Origin: Candidatus Omnitrophota bacterium
Lineage (GTDB): Bacteria > Omnitrophota > Gorgyraeia > Gygaellales > Profunditerraquicolaceae
NCBI GenBank assembly: GCA_025453395.1
Contig: JALOQK010000002.1
Coordinates: 241,102-305,101 of the forward strand
Length of the DNA: 64,000 bases
Direction of reading: 5' to 3'
Position 1 is the stretch's first letter. The number at the start of each line of letters is the position of its first letter. This document shows, piece by piece, positions 27,240-36,788 of this stretch. The position numbers and the translations under genes are program-made. The notes under the pieces are model-generated. The model searched no databases. It saw nothing but the letters and a program-made list of their open reading frames with translations, and was not told where the DNA came from.

Positions 27240-30053
27240 TTAAAATTTTCTGCGGTAATAGAGGCGTACTATATGGCGGGTATCTAAGACAGAATACCCT
27301 CCTGAGAATGGATCGTAAGATTTTATAGCTGACGGGGTTATTCCTCCATCGCCATATTGCATAATAAGCTCATCGTCAATTGAAGCAGCATATCTTGCTT
27401 CGGCAAAGAAATTATGGTGGCCTAAGTAAACCTTATTTTCTCCATCAAGCATTCTGTTCACGTCGTTCCAGCGTGAATAGGTGTAACGCAAAAAGAAGTT
27501 AAGCTTCTTAGTCGGCAGGTACGCTAATTCCATGCCTATGTGGTTGATGTTGTTATCAATCCCGCCGGCGCTTTTAAATTCATTGCGCGTGTAATCAAGG
27601 TAGATTTGCATTTGATCGCTTGGTTTAAGCTTTAAGCCTGTTTTCCAAATATCATAAAAAGGATAAGGCGGTAACGGAAATAACCCCTGGCTGTAAAGCG
27701 AGTTTAATTCCTCGCGGTATTTATTTCCGTATTCATAATAAGTGGTGCCTAAATTAGCATTACTAAGCAGGCTTCTTGGAAAATTATCATAAGCTAAAGT
27801 ATAGTCGTTTGTATGTTCCCAGATACCGGATAAAGAAACCCCATCAAAAAACTCGTATTCTAAACCCAGGGATCCGGTTTTTAATGAAGGGTCCTTGCCA
27901 TCAGTTATAGAAGAGTTGCTAATGTATTCTCCGGTGTTAGGATCAGTTATAAATGGGTCTATGCCGTTTTTAGTCTTAGGAAGATACTGATAAATCCCCA
28001 GCAGTTTTGTAGTCAGGCGCTGGTTTATCTTATAGGTAAATTCATCACGGGCAACAGTCTCCACTTGCTTGCCGTTAGTTTTATGCACATTTCTGACATC
28101 TAACAAATTATTCGCGCTATTATCAAAAAATGTATTTTCTACGCGCGCGCCTACCGCGTCCCTTCCGATATCAACACCATCGCCTATTTTATAAGGTTCG
28201 ATGTCTTCCCAGGTATTTGTGGGCTTGTATAGACCGGTATAATAATAATCGAATGGTTTCTGAAAATGCAGATGGCGCGACCAAAAGGCGTCATTGCGCG
28301 TTTGATGATAATTAGAAAGTTTAGTGTCAAACCCTTCATCCATATGCGTAAAGAATAATCTGTATCTGCAAAACGCCTCATCGCCTTCCTGCGGCTTCAT
28401 GCCGTAATAGCCGTATTCCTGGTTCATGATGCTTCTTCCGGAGAAATTACCGATCAATGATAAATGGTAGGCATTGCCCCGGTAGCTTGATTTATAAGTT
28501 TCATTGCTTAGATCCTGGCGCGTTTTAGAGGCAGCCGCCTGCATATATGTTTTAACTCCGTCTGTAATCTCATATTCGGTATCAACCGAATATACATAAT
28601 TTACCATATCTTCCCGTTGGCCGGAATCAAAGCCCATGCGGTAAGTCAAGGTGGAGCCGATATTGAAATTATCCGCCATATGATATTTCAGGCGCGTGGC
28701 ATTGATAATATTGTTGATATAGCTGTAATCTTCCCAAAGTGTTTTAGGAGCAGCAATCGTGGAATCAATAGACAGGTTATCGATTGTGCTTAATGAAAGG
28801 CTGGCGCCGCGCAAATTAGTAAGCCTTGTCCCGTCTGAATCACGCACCAAATAGGCCAGAGAATCGTCCATGCCGCCTTTAGTAAAATCAGAAACCCCAT
28901 CGTTATATTCACCTTGCCTCCAGGCGTCAATCCATGGGCTTTCTTGCCACCAGATATGGTTGTTGGAAAGCTTCAGCGGATCATCTGATGTATAAGCCTG
29001 GTCCTGATAAGCTATGGGGAACACGCGTAATTTTATCCCTTCTTGCTTGTAATCCGCCCAGAATTCGCGCAGCGGCTGAAAGTAAGCGTTAATCTTCTTT
29101 GAAGGAATGATAAAGGTGTCGTGTAATCCGGTGCCAACATCAGCAAAAGCGCCAAGTACCGTGGCTTGGCTTGTGCTGCCGCTATGGACTTTTAATTCCG
29201 GCAGGCTTAATGAATTTCCATTTTGTAAGGTGTAGATAGTTTGCGCCAGAGTGTAATTGGTGTTTCCTAGATATAATAATTGCATCTGGGCGGGATCACC
29301 CCAGCCGCTTGTCACGGTGAACTTATCGCTTTTACCGATATAACTCCACGGGTCAGCGGTAATATTGCCATGGAAGTTCAAGCCTTCTTTATTTTGAGTA
29401 TCTAAATTAACCCTTAAGCGGTCATATACGCGCGTGTCAAAGGTATTAGCCTTGCGGTTATACCCGGCAGTAGAAAGTATTCTCCAGTTTTTTTCATCCA
29501 AATCAGCGTTGGCCCTGTTGACTATAAAATCATCAGTATCCGCCCCCAGAGAAATCTGGGCTTCTCCCTCAACAGCAATATTGCCTACCTTAAGTTCTTC
29601 TTTCTGGGTTTCGGTATCTAATGCGGTTTTATCTTTCGCGGCGTAATAAGGGCTTGCGTAAGCAAGCTGTGTTTTTGCCTGATCCGGCTGTTCTTTGGGG
29701 ATCGTTTTGTCTAAAGAATCTAGCAAGCGGGCCATTTCCTTTTCTCTTTTTACGGAATCTTCAAATTCTAACGCTTTATCCGAATGTAGCTTATTGGTTT
29801 TGGCTTGCGCGGCAGAACCTTGCGCGGGGGCATTGATCTTAGCGATATAATAATTGGCGGTTTGATTATCTGGTTCTAGTATAAGGACTTTTGAGAATTC
29901 TCTAAGTGATGCAGTAAAATCTCCCTGATTATAGTATTTTACCCCATTCTGGCAGAGATACTCTGCGGCCATACTTTGAGAATAGCCTAAATTTGCTATT
30001 CCCTGCAAGATAAAAGCTATTATGAATATTTTAGCAAAGTTTTTCTTCATCAA
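27240..30053 (-). CDS. Large secreted outer-membrane beta-barrel-like protein (937 aa) with an N-terminal TPR motif
   Basis: Signal peptide MMKKNFAKIFIIAFILQGIANLGYS. A TPR-like segment (GDFTASLREFSKVLILEPDNQTANYYIAK). The rest is rich in Y/N/T/G with amphipathic beta-strand patterns and ends in YRRKF (C-terminal Phe, the OM-insertion signal). Confidence 0.6.
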   Translation of the reverse strand: MMKKNFAKIFIIAFILQGIANLGYSQSMAAEYLCQNGVKYYNQGDFTASLREFSKVLILEPDNQTANYYIAKINAPAQGSAAQAKTNKLHSDKALEFEDSVKREKEMARLLDSLDKTIPKEQPDQAKTQLAYASPYYAAKDKTALDTETQKEELKVGNIAVEGEAQISLGADTDDFIVNRANADLDEKNWRILSTAGYNRKANTFDTRVYDRLRVNLDTQNKEGLNFHGNITADPWSYIGKSDKFTVTSGWGDPAQMQLLYLGNTNYTLAQTIYTLQNGNSLSLPELKVHSGSTSQATVLGAFADVGTGLHDTFIIPSKKINAYFQPLREFWADYKQEGIKLRVFPIAYQDQAYTSDDPLKLSNNHIWWQESPWIDAWRQGEYNDGVSDFTKGGMDDSLAYLVRDSDGTRLTNLRGASLSLSTIDNLSIDSTIAAPKTLWEDYSYINNIINATRLKYHMADNFNIGSTLTYRMGFDSGQREDMVNYVYSVDTEYEITDGVKTYMQAAASKTRQDLSNETYKSSYRGNAYHLSLIGNFSGRSIMNQEYGYYGMKPQEGDEAFCRYRLFFTHMDEGFDTKLSNYHQTRNDAFWSRHLHFQKPFDYYYTGLYKPTNTWEDIEPYKIGDGVDIGRDAVGARVENTFFDNSANNLLDVRNVHKTNGKQVETVARDEFTYKINQRLTTKLLGIYQYLPKTKNGIDPFITDPNTGEYISNSSITDGKDPSLKTGSLGLEYEFFDGVSLSGIWEHTNDYTLAYDNFPRSLLSNANLGTTYYEYGNKYREELNSLYSQGLFPLPPYPFYDIWKTGLKLKPSDQMQIYLDYTRNEFKSAGGIDNNINHIGMELAYLPTKKLNFFLRYTYSRWNDVNRMLDGENKVYLGHHNFFAEARYAASIDDELIMQYGDGGITPSAIKSYDPFSGGYSVLDTRHIVRLYYRRKF

Positions 30054-30061
30054 TTGACCAA

Positions 30062-30097
30062 TAAAAAAACCGCATTGGCTTTTTGGCCAATCCGGTT
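30062..30097 (-). terminator. Rho-independent terminator downstream of hypothetical gene 30188..30532
   Basis: A 10-bp stem ccgcattggc/gccaatccgg with one mismatch and a 6-nt loop. On the minus strand it is followed by TTTTTTT (plus-strand aaaaaaa at 30063..30069). Confidence 0.65.
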
Positions 30098-30187
30098 AAG
30101 TTTATATTGCGCATGTATCTGTTTCATTAAGTCCTAATTATATAAAATCCCTCCTTTTTGTCAAGAAAAAATAATTAAATTCTTCAA

Positions 30188-30532
30188 TTATTCATCTTTA
30201 TATTGCATCAGGTTGCTGGGTATAGAGCTAAAAGTAATCCTAAGCGAATGCATGAAACAGATCAAATAAGTTTTGCCATTATTTATGGCGTAGATGCTGC
30301 CTTTAAGGCGGCAGAAAAACCTTTCTTGCTGTTTTTGATCGTTATGCTCTTTTAACACATATAGGTATGGCTGGGGCTTTTCTATTTTCTCCGGGCGCAC
30401 TTCGCGCACCGTGCAAATAAAATGCCTGCGGATAACGCTTCTAATGCCTTCTTTGTCCACGATTTCCGAAGCGCAGATTATGCGTCTGTTTTTTTCTTCG
30501 CAAGTCAGGTTTTTAAATACTAGATCCCTCAT
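30188..30532 (-). CDS. Hypothetical 114-aa protein, an orphan gene with its own terminator
   Basis: ORF with no recognisable domain; it contains 5 Cys. It is flanked by long non-coding gaps, unlike the tightly packed neighbours. Confidence 0.4.
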   Translation of the reverse strand: MRDLVFKNLTCEEKNRRIICASEIVDKEGIRSVIRRHFICTVREVRPEKIEKPQPYLYVLKEHNDQKQQERFFCRLKGSIYAINNGKTYLICFMHSLRITFSSIPSNLMQYKDE

Positions 30533-30698
30533 TTCGGCCCCTTTTTTAGAAACAGCCGGACTACTGGATAATTTATTCCCCCTGTTTTATCAGTAATCCG
30601 GCAACTTTCCCCTTTAATGCCATGGCTGGTGGGGAGATATTACACAAAAAGTATAACATCATAAGTTTAGTACTTTCAAGGGTATATGATGCTTTTTG

Positions 30699-30712
30699 AG
30701 AAAGCGCTTTCC
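30699..30712. promoter_or_regulatory. Palindrome-containing 14-mer agaaagcgctttcc (core GAAAGCGCTTTC), copy 1
   Basis: It is the exact reverse complement of ggaaagcgctttct at 48309..48322. Both copies lie in intergenic regions upstream of minus-strand genes and are followed by ccaggg. Confidence 0.3.
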
Positions 30713-30738
30713 AGGGGTTTTACTACAGCGGGTTATTT

Positions 30739-31362
30739 CTAAAGCTTAAGGCGGGGTTCTTTACCTTGAATGATCCGAAGGATGTTGGCGCGATGGCGCC
30801 AGGCCACTAAAAAACTTAAAATAAACGCGAAAATAAACAAGCTTAAGGGTTGTTTTAGGATAAAAATGCAGGCAGGAAAGGCCAAAGCCGCTATCACAGA
30901 GGCCAGGGATACCATTCTGAAAATCATAAAAACCGCCAGCCATATCACCAGCATTATGCCTAGGCTGATTGCTACCGCGTGTAGCTTTAAGGATATACCG
31001 ATTAATACCCCTAAAGAAGTAGCTACGCCTTTACCGCCTTTAAATTTTAAGAATATAGTCCAGATGTGGCCAATAACGCAACTTGCGGCTATACAGATAT
31101 ACACAAACTCTTGGCTTAAGGCCTTATTCTGCGATAAGACATAATTACCTAATAAGATTACCGGGACGATCCCTTTTAAGACGTCAACCAAAAGAACGAT
31201 AAACCCGGTTTTCTTGCCCAAAACGCGAAGCGCATTGGTTGCTCCAATATTACCGGAACCAAATTCGCGGATATCTATGCCTTTCAAAATCCTGCCGGCA
31301 AGATACGCGGTGGGTATAGAGCCGACTAGATAGCTAATGATGATTGCGGTTATCAATAACAT
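30739..31362 (-). CDS. plsY: Glycerol-3-phosphate acyltransferase PlsY
   Basis: SGNIGATNALRVLGKK...DVLKG motifs. I prefer the start at the internal ATG 31362 (MLLITAII...); the ORF-track start 31425 would overlap pgsA by 92 nt. Confidence 0.85.
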   Translation of the reverse strand: MLLITAIIISYLVGSIPTAYLAGRILKGIDIREFGSGNIGATNALRVLGKKTGFIVLLVDVLKGIVPVILLGNYVLSQNKALSQEFVYICIAASCVIGHIWTIFLKFKGGKGVATSLGVLIGISLKLHAVAISLGIMLVIWLAVFMIFRMVSLASVIAALAFPACIFILKQPLSLFIFAFILSFLVAWRHRANILRIIQGKEPRLKL

Positions 31363-31900
31363 AAAGCCAATTAAATCCTCTCTTGATATAATCCATACCG
31401 GAAATAAGCGTGAAAAATACCGCAATACCCCAAAAAATAAAAGCGATCTGTAATTGCAGAAGAACCGCGATTACAGATGCCATCTGGAAAGTAGTGGTCA
31501 ATTTTCCCCATCGCGTAGGCTTAATGTCAATATTTTGTTTTACGATGTAGATTACAACCGCGCCAAGCAAAATAATCACGTCCCGGCTTATAACTACAAG
31601 GCTCACCCAGATAGGAAGCTTAATGTTGCCCGGGAATTGATCAATAATGGAAAGCATGATAAAAGAGCTCATTAAAAGCAGTTTATCCCCTAATGGATCA
31701 AGTACCATGCCGGCCTTGGATACCTGTTTTGCTTTTCTGGCAATATATCCGTCCACGGCATCGGAAACCGCGCCTAAGACAAAGATCCCTAAGGCTATAA
31801 AACGCAGGTAATCTTTTTGGGGTTGATAATAAATAAGGGTAGCGATAAAAAACGGAACAGTAAGGATGCGGAAAATGGATATTTTATTGGCGAAATTCAT
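31334..31900 (-). CDS. pgsA: CDP-diacylglycerol--glycerol-3-phosphate 3-phosphatidyltransferase
   Basis: CDP-alcohol phosphatidyltransferase motif DAVDGYIARK...GMVLDPLGDK. Confidence 0.85.
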   Translation of the reverse strand: MNFANKISIFRILTVPFFIATLIYYQPQKDYLRFIALGIFVLGAVSDAVDGYIARKAKQVSKAGMVLDPLGDKLLLMSSFIMLSIIDQFPGNIKLPIWVSLVVISRDVIILLGAVVIYIVKQNIDIKPTRWGKLTTTFQMASVIAVLLQLQIAFIFWGIAVFFTLISGMDYIKRGFNWLYVIDNRNHH

Positions 31901-31904
31901 CTGT

Positions 31905-32474
31905 TTACTTAATAGCCCTGATCCTGTTCAATGGCCAATATATAAGAATGGCCTTACCGAGAATGTTGCCCTGCGGGACAAAACCCCAGAACCTGCTGTC
32001 TTGGGAATTAGCGGAGTTGTCCCCTAAAACAAAATATGAGCCCTTAGGCACAGTTATTTTTTCTCCTTCGCGCGCGTAGTTGCCGTGATTATAATAAAAA
32101 TTACGGCTAAAAACATTCTCTGTAAGCGGTTTATCGTTTACGTATATGGTGCCGTTTTCTATTAAAACCGTATCTGCTTCTTTGGCAACCAAGCGTTTTA
32201 TGAAATTCTTTTTCGGGTCTTCAGGATAAATAAATACTACTACATCTGCGGTTTGGGGCTTTCTAAATCCGGGCAGCCTCCAGCCCACAAAGGGCAGCCT
32301 GGGCCCGTAGATAAATTTATTCACCAGAATTATGTCTCCTACCATTAGCGTTTTTTGCATGGACCCGGTAGGTATTTTATACGGCTCAAAAAACAATATC
32401 CTTACTACTATGGCAAGCGCTAAAGCAACCAGAATAGACTCTGTCCATTCCCTTATCCTTGATTTAGGCCTCAT
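31905..32474 (-). CDS. lepB: Signal peptidase I
   Basis: TGSMQKTL (the SGSMxPTL box), KR, and GDNSANSQDSRFWG boxes. I prefer the start at ATG 32474, which overlaps the lepA stop as ATGA; the ORF-track start is 32564. Confidence 0.85.
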   Translation of the reverse strand: MRPKSRIREWTESILVALALAIVVRILFFEPYKIPTGSMQKTLMVGDIILVNKFIYGPRLPFVGWRLPGFRKPQTADVVVFIYPEDPKKNFIKRLVAKEADTVLIENGTIYVNDKPLTENVFSRNFYYNHGNYAREGEKITVPKGSYFVLGDNSANSQDSRFWGFVPQGNILGKAILIYWPLNRIRAIK

Positions 32475-34267
32475 ATTTTTAAAACCTCCAGGAATGCCTC
32501 TTGGGGAATTTCTATTTTTCCGAATTGCTTCAACCTTTTTTTGCCCTGTTTCTGATTTTCCCAAAGTTTACGCTTACGAGTAATATCCCCTCCTGAGCAT
32601 TTACTGGTCATGTGTTTTCCCGCGGGCCTTACCTTTTCTGAAGCAAGGATTTGATTCCCTACCGCCGCTTGGATGGCTACTTCAAATAACTGTCGGGGGA
32701 TAAGTTCTTTTAATTTTGATACCAAGGCATGGGCCCGGGAATACGCGCGGTCTTTGAACATAATTGAAGAAAAGGCATCGCAAATAGTCCCGTTTATTAA
32801 AATGTCAAGCCTGACTAATTTGGTGGGAGTATATTGCTTGAATTCGTAATCCAATGAGCCATATCCTCTGGTCAAAGATTTTATGCGGTCATAAAAATCC
32901 ACGATAATTTCAGAAAGCGGGATATCAAATATGATTTTTACCCTGTCTTCTCCGAGGTATTCATTAGAGCGGAAAATCCCCCTTCTTGACTTGGTAAAAT
33001 TGCACACGTCCTCTATTTTATCTACCGGAACGATCATAAGCAGGCTGACATAGGGTTCTTGTGTGTCTTGGATGTCCTGCGGGGCAGGTAATTTTGCCGG
33101 AGTGTCTACCTCAATAATTTCTGCGCTATTTGTTGTTACGCGGTAGACTACATTAGGCACAGTAAGAATAAGATTAAGATTATGCTCGCGCTCTAATCTC
33201 TCCTGGACTATTTCCATATGCAATAAGCCTAAAAACCCGCAACGAAAACCTGAGCCAAACGACTGTGAATTTTCCGGCTCAAAAACAAATGATGCGTCGG
33301 ATAATTTAAGTTTATCCATAGCATCACGCAAATAAGGAAAATCACTGGGATTTACCGGGTATATACCGCAGAAAACAAGCGGTTTCAACTGTTTGTATCC
33401 GGGCAGCGCTTGCTTGCACGGGTTTTTACTATCGGTGATTGTATCGCCTATGATTATTTCACGCGGATCACGGATATTAGCGGTAAAATAACCTACCTCT
33501 CCGCAAGATAAGGCGTCGGTTTGCGTGTATTTTAAGTTAAATGTGCCCAGTTCCTCTATTTTATAACTTGTGCCCGAATGCATCATGGTAAGAGGGGTTC
33601 TGTCATCTAATTTCCCGTCCATAATCCTGATAAAAACTACCACTCCTTTATAGATATCGAATCTACAATCAAAAACAAGCGCTTTGAGCGGATTATCGGG
33701 ATTGCCGCTTGGAGGAGGGATTACTTCTACGATGCGTTCCAATATCTCTTGGACCCCTGTGCCTTCTTTGGCAGAAGCTAATAAAACATCTTCCTGGCGG
33801 AATCCCAGTACAGAAACAATCTGCTTTTTTACCCTAGGCACATCCGCGCAAGAAAGGTCAATTTTATTTATTACCGGGATCATCTGCAGGTCGTTTTCCA
33901 AAGCCAGATAGTAATTCGCTACTGTCTGCGCTTCAATACCCTGCCCCGCGTCAACCACAAGAAGAGCCCCTTCGCAGGCGGCAAGCGATTTAGAGACTTC
34001 ATAGGTAAAATCCACGTGCCCGGGTGTATCAATCAGGTTTAAAACATATTCTTTTTTGTTTTTCTTGGAGTAGAAATTAAGCCTGACCATGGAAGCTTTG
34101 ATGGTGATGCCTCTTTCTTTTTCAAGGTCCATATCATCTAAAAGCTGGTCTCCCTTGTGAGAGCGGTCCACTACTCCGGTTATCTCTAGTATCCGGTCAG
34201 CAAGGGTAGACTTGCCATGGTCTATATGGGCTATGATAGAAAAATTCCTGATGAGCTCTTTATTCAT
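32471..34267 (-). CDS. lepA: Elongation factor 4 (LepA)
   Basis: N-terminal IRNFSIIAHIDHGKSTLADR G-domain and a full-length LepA. The classic lepA-lepB pair. Confidence 0.95.
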   Translation of the reverse strand: MNKELIRNFSIIAHIDHGKSTLADRILEITGVVDRSHKGDQLLDDMDLEKERGITIKASMVRLNFYSKKNKKEYVLNLIDTPGHVDFTYEVSKSLAACEGALLVVDAGQGIEAQTVANYYLALENDLQMIPVINKIDLSCADVPRVKKQIVSVLGFRQEDVLLASAKEGTGVQEILERIVEVIPPPSGNPDNPLKALVFDCRFDIYKGVVVFIRIMDGKLDDRTPLTMMHSGTSYKIEELGTFNLKYTQTDALSCGEVGYFTANIRDPREIIIGDTITDSKNPCKQALPGYKQLKPLVFCGIYPVNPSDFPYLRDAMDKLKLSDASFVFEPENSQSFGSGFRCGFLGLLHMEIVQERLEREHNLNLILTVPNVVYRVTTNSAEIIEVDTPAKLPAPQDIQDTQEPYVSLLMIVPVDKIEDVCNFTKSRRGIFRSNEYLGEDRVKIIFDIPLSEIIVDFYDRIKSLTRGYGSLDYEFKQYTPTKLVRLDILINGTICDAFSSIMFKDRAYSRAHALVSKLKELIPRQLFEVAIQAAVGNQILASEKVRPAGKHMTSKCSGGDITRKRKLWENQKQGKKRLKQFGKIEIPQEAFLEVLKI

Positions 34268-34928
34268 TGGGCGAATTAAGTATGTTTAAGATCTTATCTA
34301 CAACTTGGTCAATGGAAAGGCTGGTAGTATCCACAAGTATCGCGTCATCGGCTTTTTTAAGCGGGGCAGTTTCACGCGTAGAATCTATTTTATCGCGGTT
34401 AGACAAGTCATTTTCTATTTCCTGCAAAGAAACCGGATATCCTGAATCTTTTAGCTCTTTATAACGGCGCAAGGTCCGTTCTTGGAAATTTGCGTCTAAG
34501 AATATTTTTTTCTGGGCGTCAGGAAAAACAACGGTTCCGATATCCCTGCCATCAAGGATACTATTGGTACTTAAGCCCAGTTTTCTCTGCAGCCCAAGCA
34601 TTATTTCGCGGACTTCTTTGATTTTGGCAACATCAGATACAAACTTGGTCACCCGGGTTTCCCTTATGGATTTTGAAACATCGTTTCCATCAAGAAGGAC
34701 TTTTAGTTCCGCTGTACAGCTGTCATGGAGCAATTCTATCTTTGTCTGCTTTGCCAAATGGATAATGCCGTTTAGATCATCAACAGGCAGGCCTTTTTCA
34801 ATGACCTTTAAGGTCAGCGCTCTGTACATGGCGCCGGTGTCAATATATAAAAACCCAAGCTTCTGGGCTAATATCTTAGCAATGGTGCTTTTTCCTGCTC
34901 CCGCCGGTCCGTCAATGGCAATAATCAT
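34260..34928 (-). CDS. cmk: Cytidylate kinase
   Basis: IIAIDGPAGAGKSTIAK P-loop, YIDTGAMYR and an NMP-binding region. Confidence 0.9.
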   Translation of the reverse strand: MIIAIDGPAGAGKSTIAKILAQKLGFLYIDTGAMYRALTLKVIEKGLPVDDLNGIIHLAKQTKIELLHDSCTAELKVLLDGNDVSKSIRETRVTKFVSDVAKIKEVREIMLGLQRKLGLSTNSILDGRDIGTVVFPDAQKKIFLDANFQERTLRRYKELKDSGYPVSLQEIENDLSNRDKIDSTRETAPLKKADDAILVDTTSLSIDQVVDKILNILNSPNE

Positions 34929-34933
34929 ATTTT

Positions 34934-35767
34934 TTAAATAATAGACTCACGTTTTAAACGGGCTTCTTTTAATAACCTTAGAAGTTTCTGCCGGCCATTT
35001 TTCTGGATAGCCTGTTCCAAATTGGCAACATTCTTTTTAAATTCTTTGATACCTGCCAGCAGATATTTGGGATTGCTTAAAAATATATCCGCCCAGATGT
35101 TCTCTGCTGACGCCGCCACGCGCGTAGTATCTTTTAGCCCGCCTGAAGCATAAGGCAAATATTCTCTCGGCACGCAGCTTATAAGCGAAAAGGCTATTGC
35201 ATGCGGCAAGTGGCTGGTAATCCCGAGTATCTTATCGTGCTTGCGCGCATCCCAGAAGACGACTTTCGCCCCTAATTTCTTCCATAAATCGGCAATCTGC
35301 TGTTTGACTTTGCTGCTTGTGGCTTTAGTCGGAGTAAACACGCATAAACAGCTTTGGAATAAATCCGGCCTCGCGTAAGAAACGCCTTTTTTCTCTAACC
35401 CCGCGATGGGGTGAGTGCCGATATACCTGCCGGGAAAGATTTTATCTAAAGCGCAAACAACCTCTTTTTTTGTGCTTCCGACGTCAATAACTATGCAGTC
35501 AGGCTTTATGATTCTGCCTATTTTAGCAGCTTGAGAGATTATTGTTTTAACGGGGGCAGCCAAGATGATTAAATCCGCGTTAGAAGCGATATTTAAATTT
35601 GTTGAGCCCTGATCAATAACTTTTAGTTTTTTAGCTTTAATAATGGAGCTTTGGTGCAAGCTTATCCCGGTAATGTAAGAGCATAGTTTATTTCTTTTTA
35701 GCCCCAAGGCAATAGAGCCTCCGATTAATCCTGTTCCGAATATGCAAACATTCTTAAAGTTATTCAT
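34934..35767 (-). CDS. tyrA: Prephenate/arogenate dehydrogenase
   Basis: NAD-binding VCIFGTGLIGGS and a PDH domain. The start is set at ATG 35767 (MNNFKNV...), 4 nt after the upstream stop; the ORF-track start is 35896. Confidence 0.8.
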   Translation of the reverse strand: MNNFKNVCIFGTGLIGGSIALGLKRNKLCSYITGISLHQSSIIKAKKLKVIDQGSTNLNIASNADLIILAAPVKTIISQAAKIGRIIKPDCIVIDVGSTKKEVVCALDKIFPGRYIGTHPIAGLEKKGVSYARPDLFQSCLCVFTPTKATSSKVKQQIADLWKKLGAKVVFWDARKHDKILGITSHLPHAIAFSLISCVPREYLPYASGGLKDTTRVAASAENIWADIFLSNPKYLLAGIKEFKKNVANLEQAIQKNGRQKLLRLLKEARLKRESII

Positions 35768-35771
35768 CAGT

Positions 35772-36788
35772 TTAAATTTCTCTTTCAATAGCTTTTGCGA
35801 TATTTTTAAGTTCCTTGATAAGATTAGCAAAGTTGGCCGGAGTAAGCGATTGCGCTCCGTCTGACATTGCCTCTTCAGGATGAGAATGCACTTCAATTAG
35901 AAGCCCGTCTGCTCCAGAGGCGATACTGGCCTTGGCTAAAGCCGGTACCAGGCCCCATTTTCCCGCAGCGTGGCTGGGGTCAACAATAATTGGGAGATGC
36001 GAATATTGCTTCACAAGCGGAACAGCGCTTATATCAAGGGTATTGCGGGTGGCATCTTCAAAGGTGCGTATGCCCCTTTCGCATAAGATCACATTGAAAT
36101 TACCCCCGGAAACAATGTATTCCGCGGACATAAGCAGTTCTTTTATTGTTGAAGACAAGCCCCTTTTAAGAAGGACCGGTTTCTTGGTAAGCCCCACTTC
36201 TTTAAGCAGGTTAAAATTTTGCATATTGCGCGCGCCTATCTGCAAGACATCCACATATTTGGCAACTAATTCCACGTCGCGGGTATCCATGACCTCGCTT
36301 AATGTGACCATCTCCAGGTCTTTGCCAACCTTGTTTAAATATTTCAGCCCCTCTTCTCCTAATCCCTGAAAACTGTATGGAGAACTGCGAGGCTTAAAAG
36401 CTCCGCCTCTTAATACTTTTACCCCCATTTGTTTGATTTCTTTGGCTATTTCATAAAGGGTATCATAATTTTCTATGGCGCAGGGGCCTGCCATAGCAAT
36501 AATCTTGTTGCCTCCTATAAAAACGCCTTTGCCTAAATCAATAACTGAAGATTCTTTCTTGAATTCTTGGGATACAAGTTTATAGGGGGCCAAAACCGGA
36601 ATAACTTTTTCTACTCCGGGGAAAGCCTCAAGTGGGGTAACCCTTAATATATCTTCCGGGCCAATAACCCCAATAATAGTGCGCTCTGTGCCTTTGGATA
36701 TATGCGGGGTAAGCCCGATCTTTTTTACCTTTTCGACTATATGATTTATATCGGCGTCTGCAGCGCCGGGTTTTAATACAATGATCAT
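35772..36788 (-). CDS. DAHP synthase, type I-beta (AroA(G)-like) with an N-terminal regulatory domain
   Basis: DAHPS/KDO8PS TIM-barrel motifs (GPCAIEN, KPRSSPYSFQG, LLIEVHSHPE). An N-terminal ~70-aa ferredoxin-like extension marks regulated DAHPS. Confidence 0.8.
   Translation of the reverse strand: MIIVLKPGAADADINHIVEKVKKIGLTPHISKGTERTIIGVIGPEDILRVTPLEAFPGVEKVIPVLAPYKLVSQEFKKESSVIDLGKGVFIGGNKIIAMAGPCAIENYDTLYEIAKEIKQMGVKVLRGGAFKPRSSPYSFQGLGEEGLKYLNKVGKDLEMVTLSEVMDTRDVELVAKYVDVLQIGARNMQNFNLLKEVGLTKKPVLLKRGLSSTIKELLMSAEYIVSGGNFNVILCERGIRTFEDATRNTLDISAVPLVKQYSHLPIIVDPSHAAGKWGLVPALAKASIASGADGLLIEVHSHPEEAMSDGAQSLTPANFANLIKELKNIAKAIEREI

Noticed and set aside
30533-30738. A small structured RNA (6S, SRP or tmRNA) in the 206-bp gap between the orphan gene and plsY
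   Set aside because: I found no SRP domain IV motif, no tmRNA tRNA-like 3' end (GTTCGAnTC...CCA), and no 6S-like extended helix. Only the short GAAAGCGCTTTC palindrome is present.
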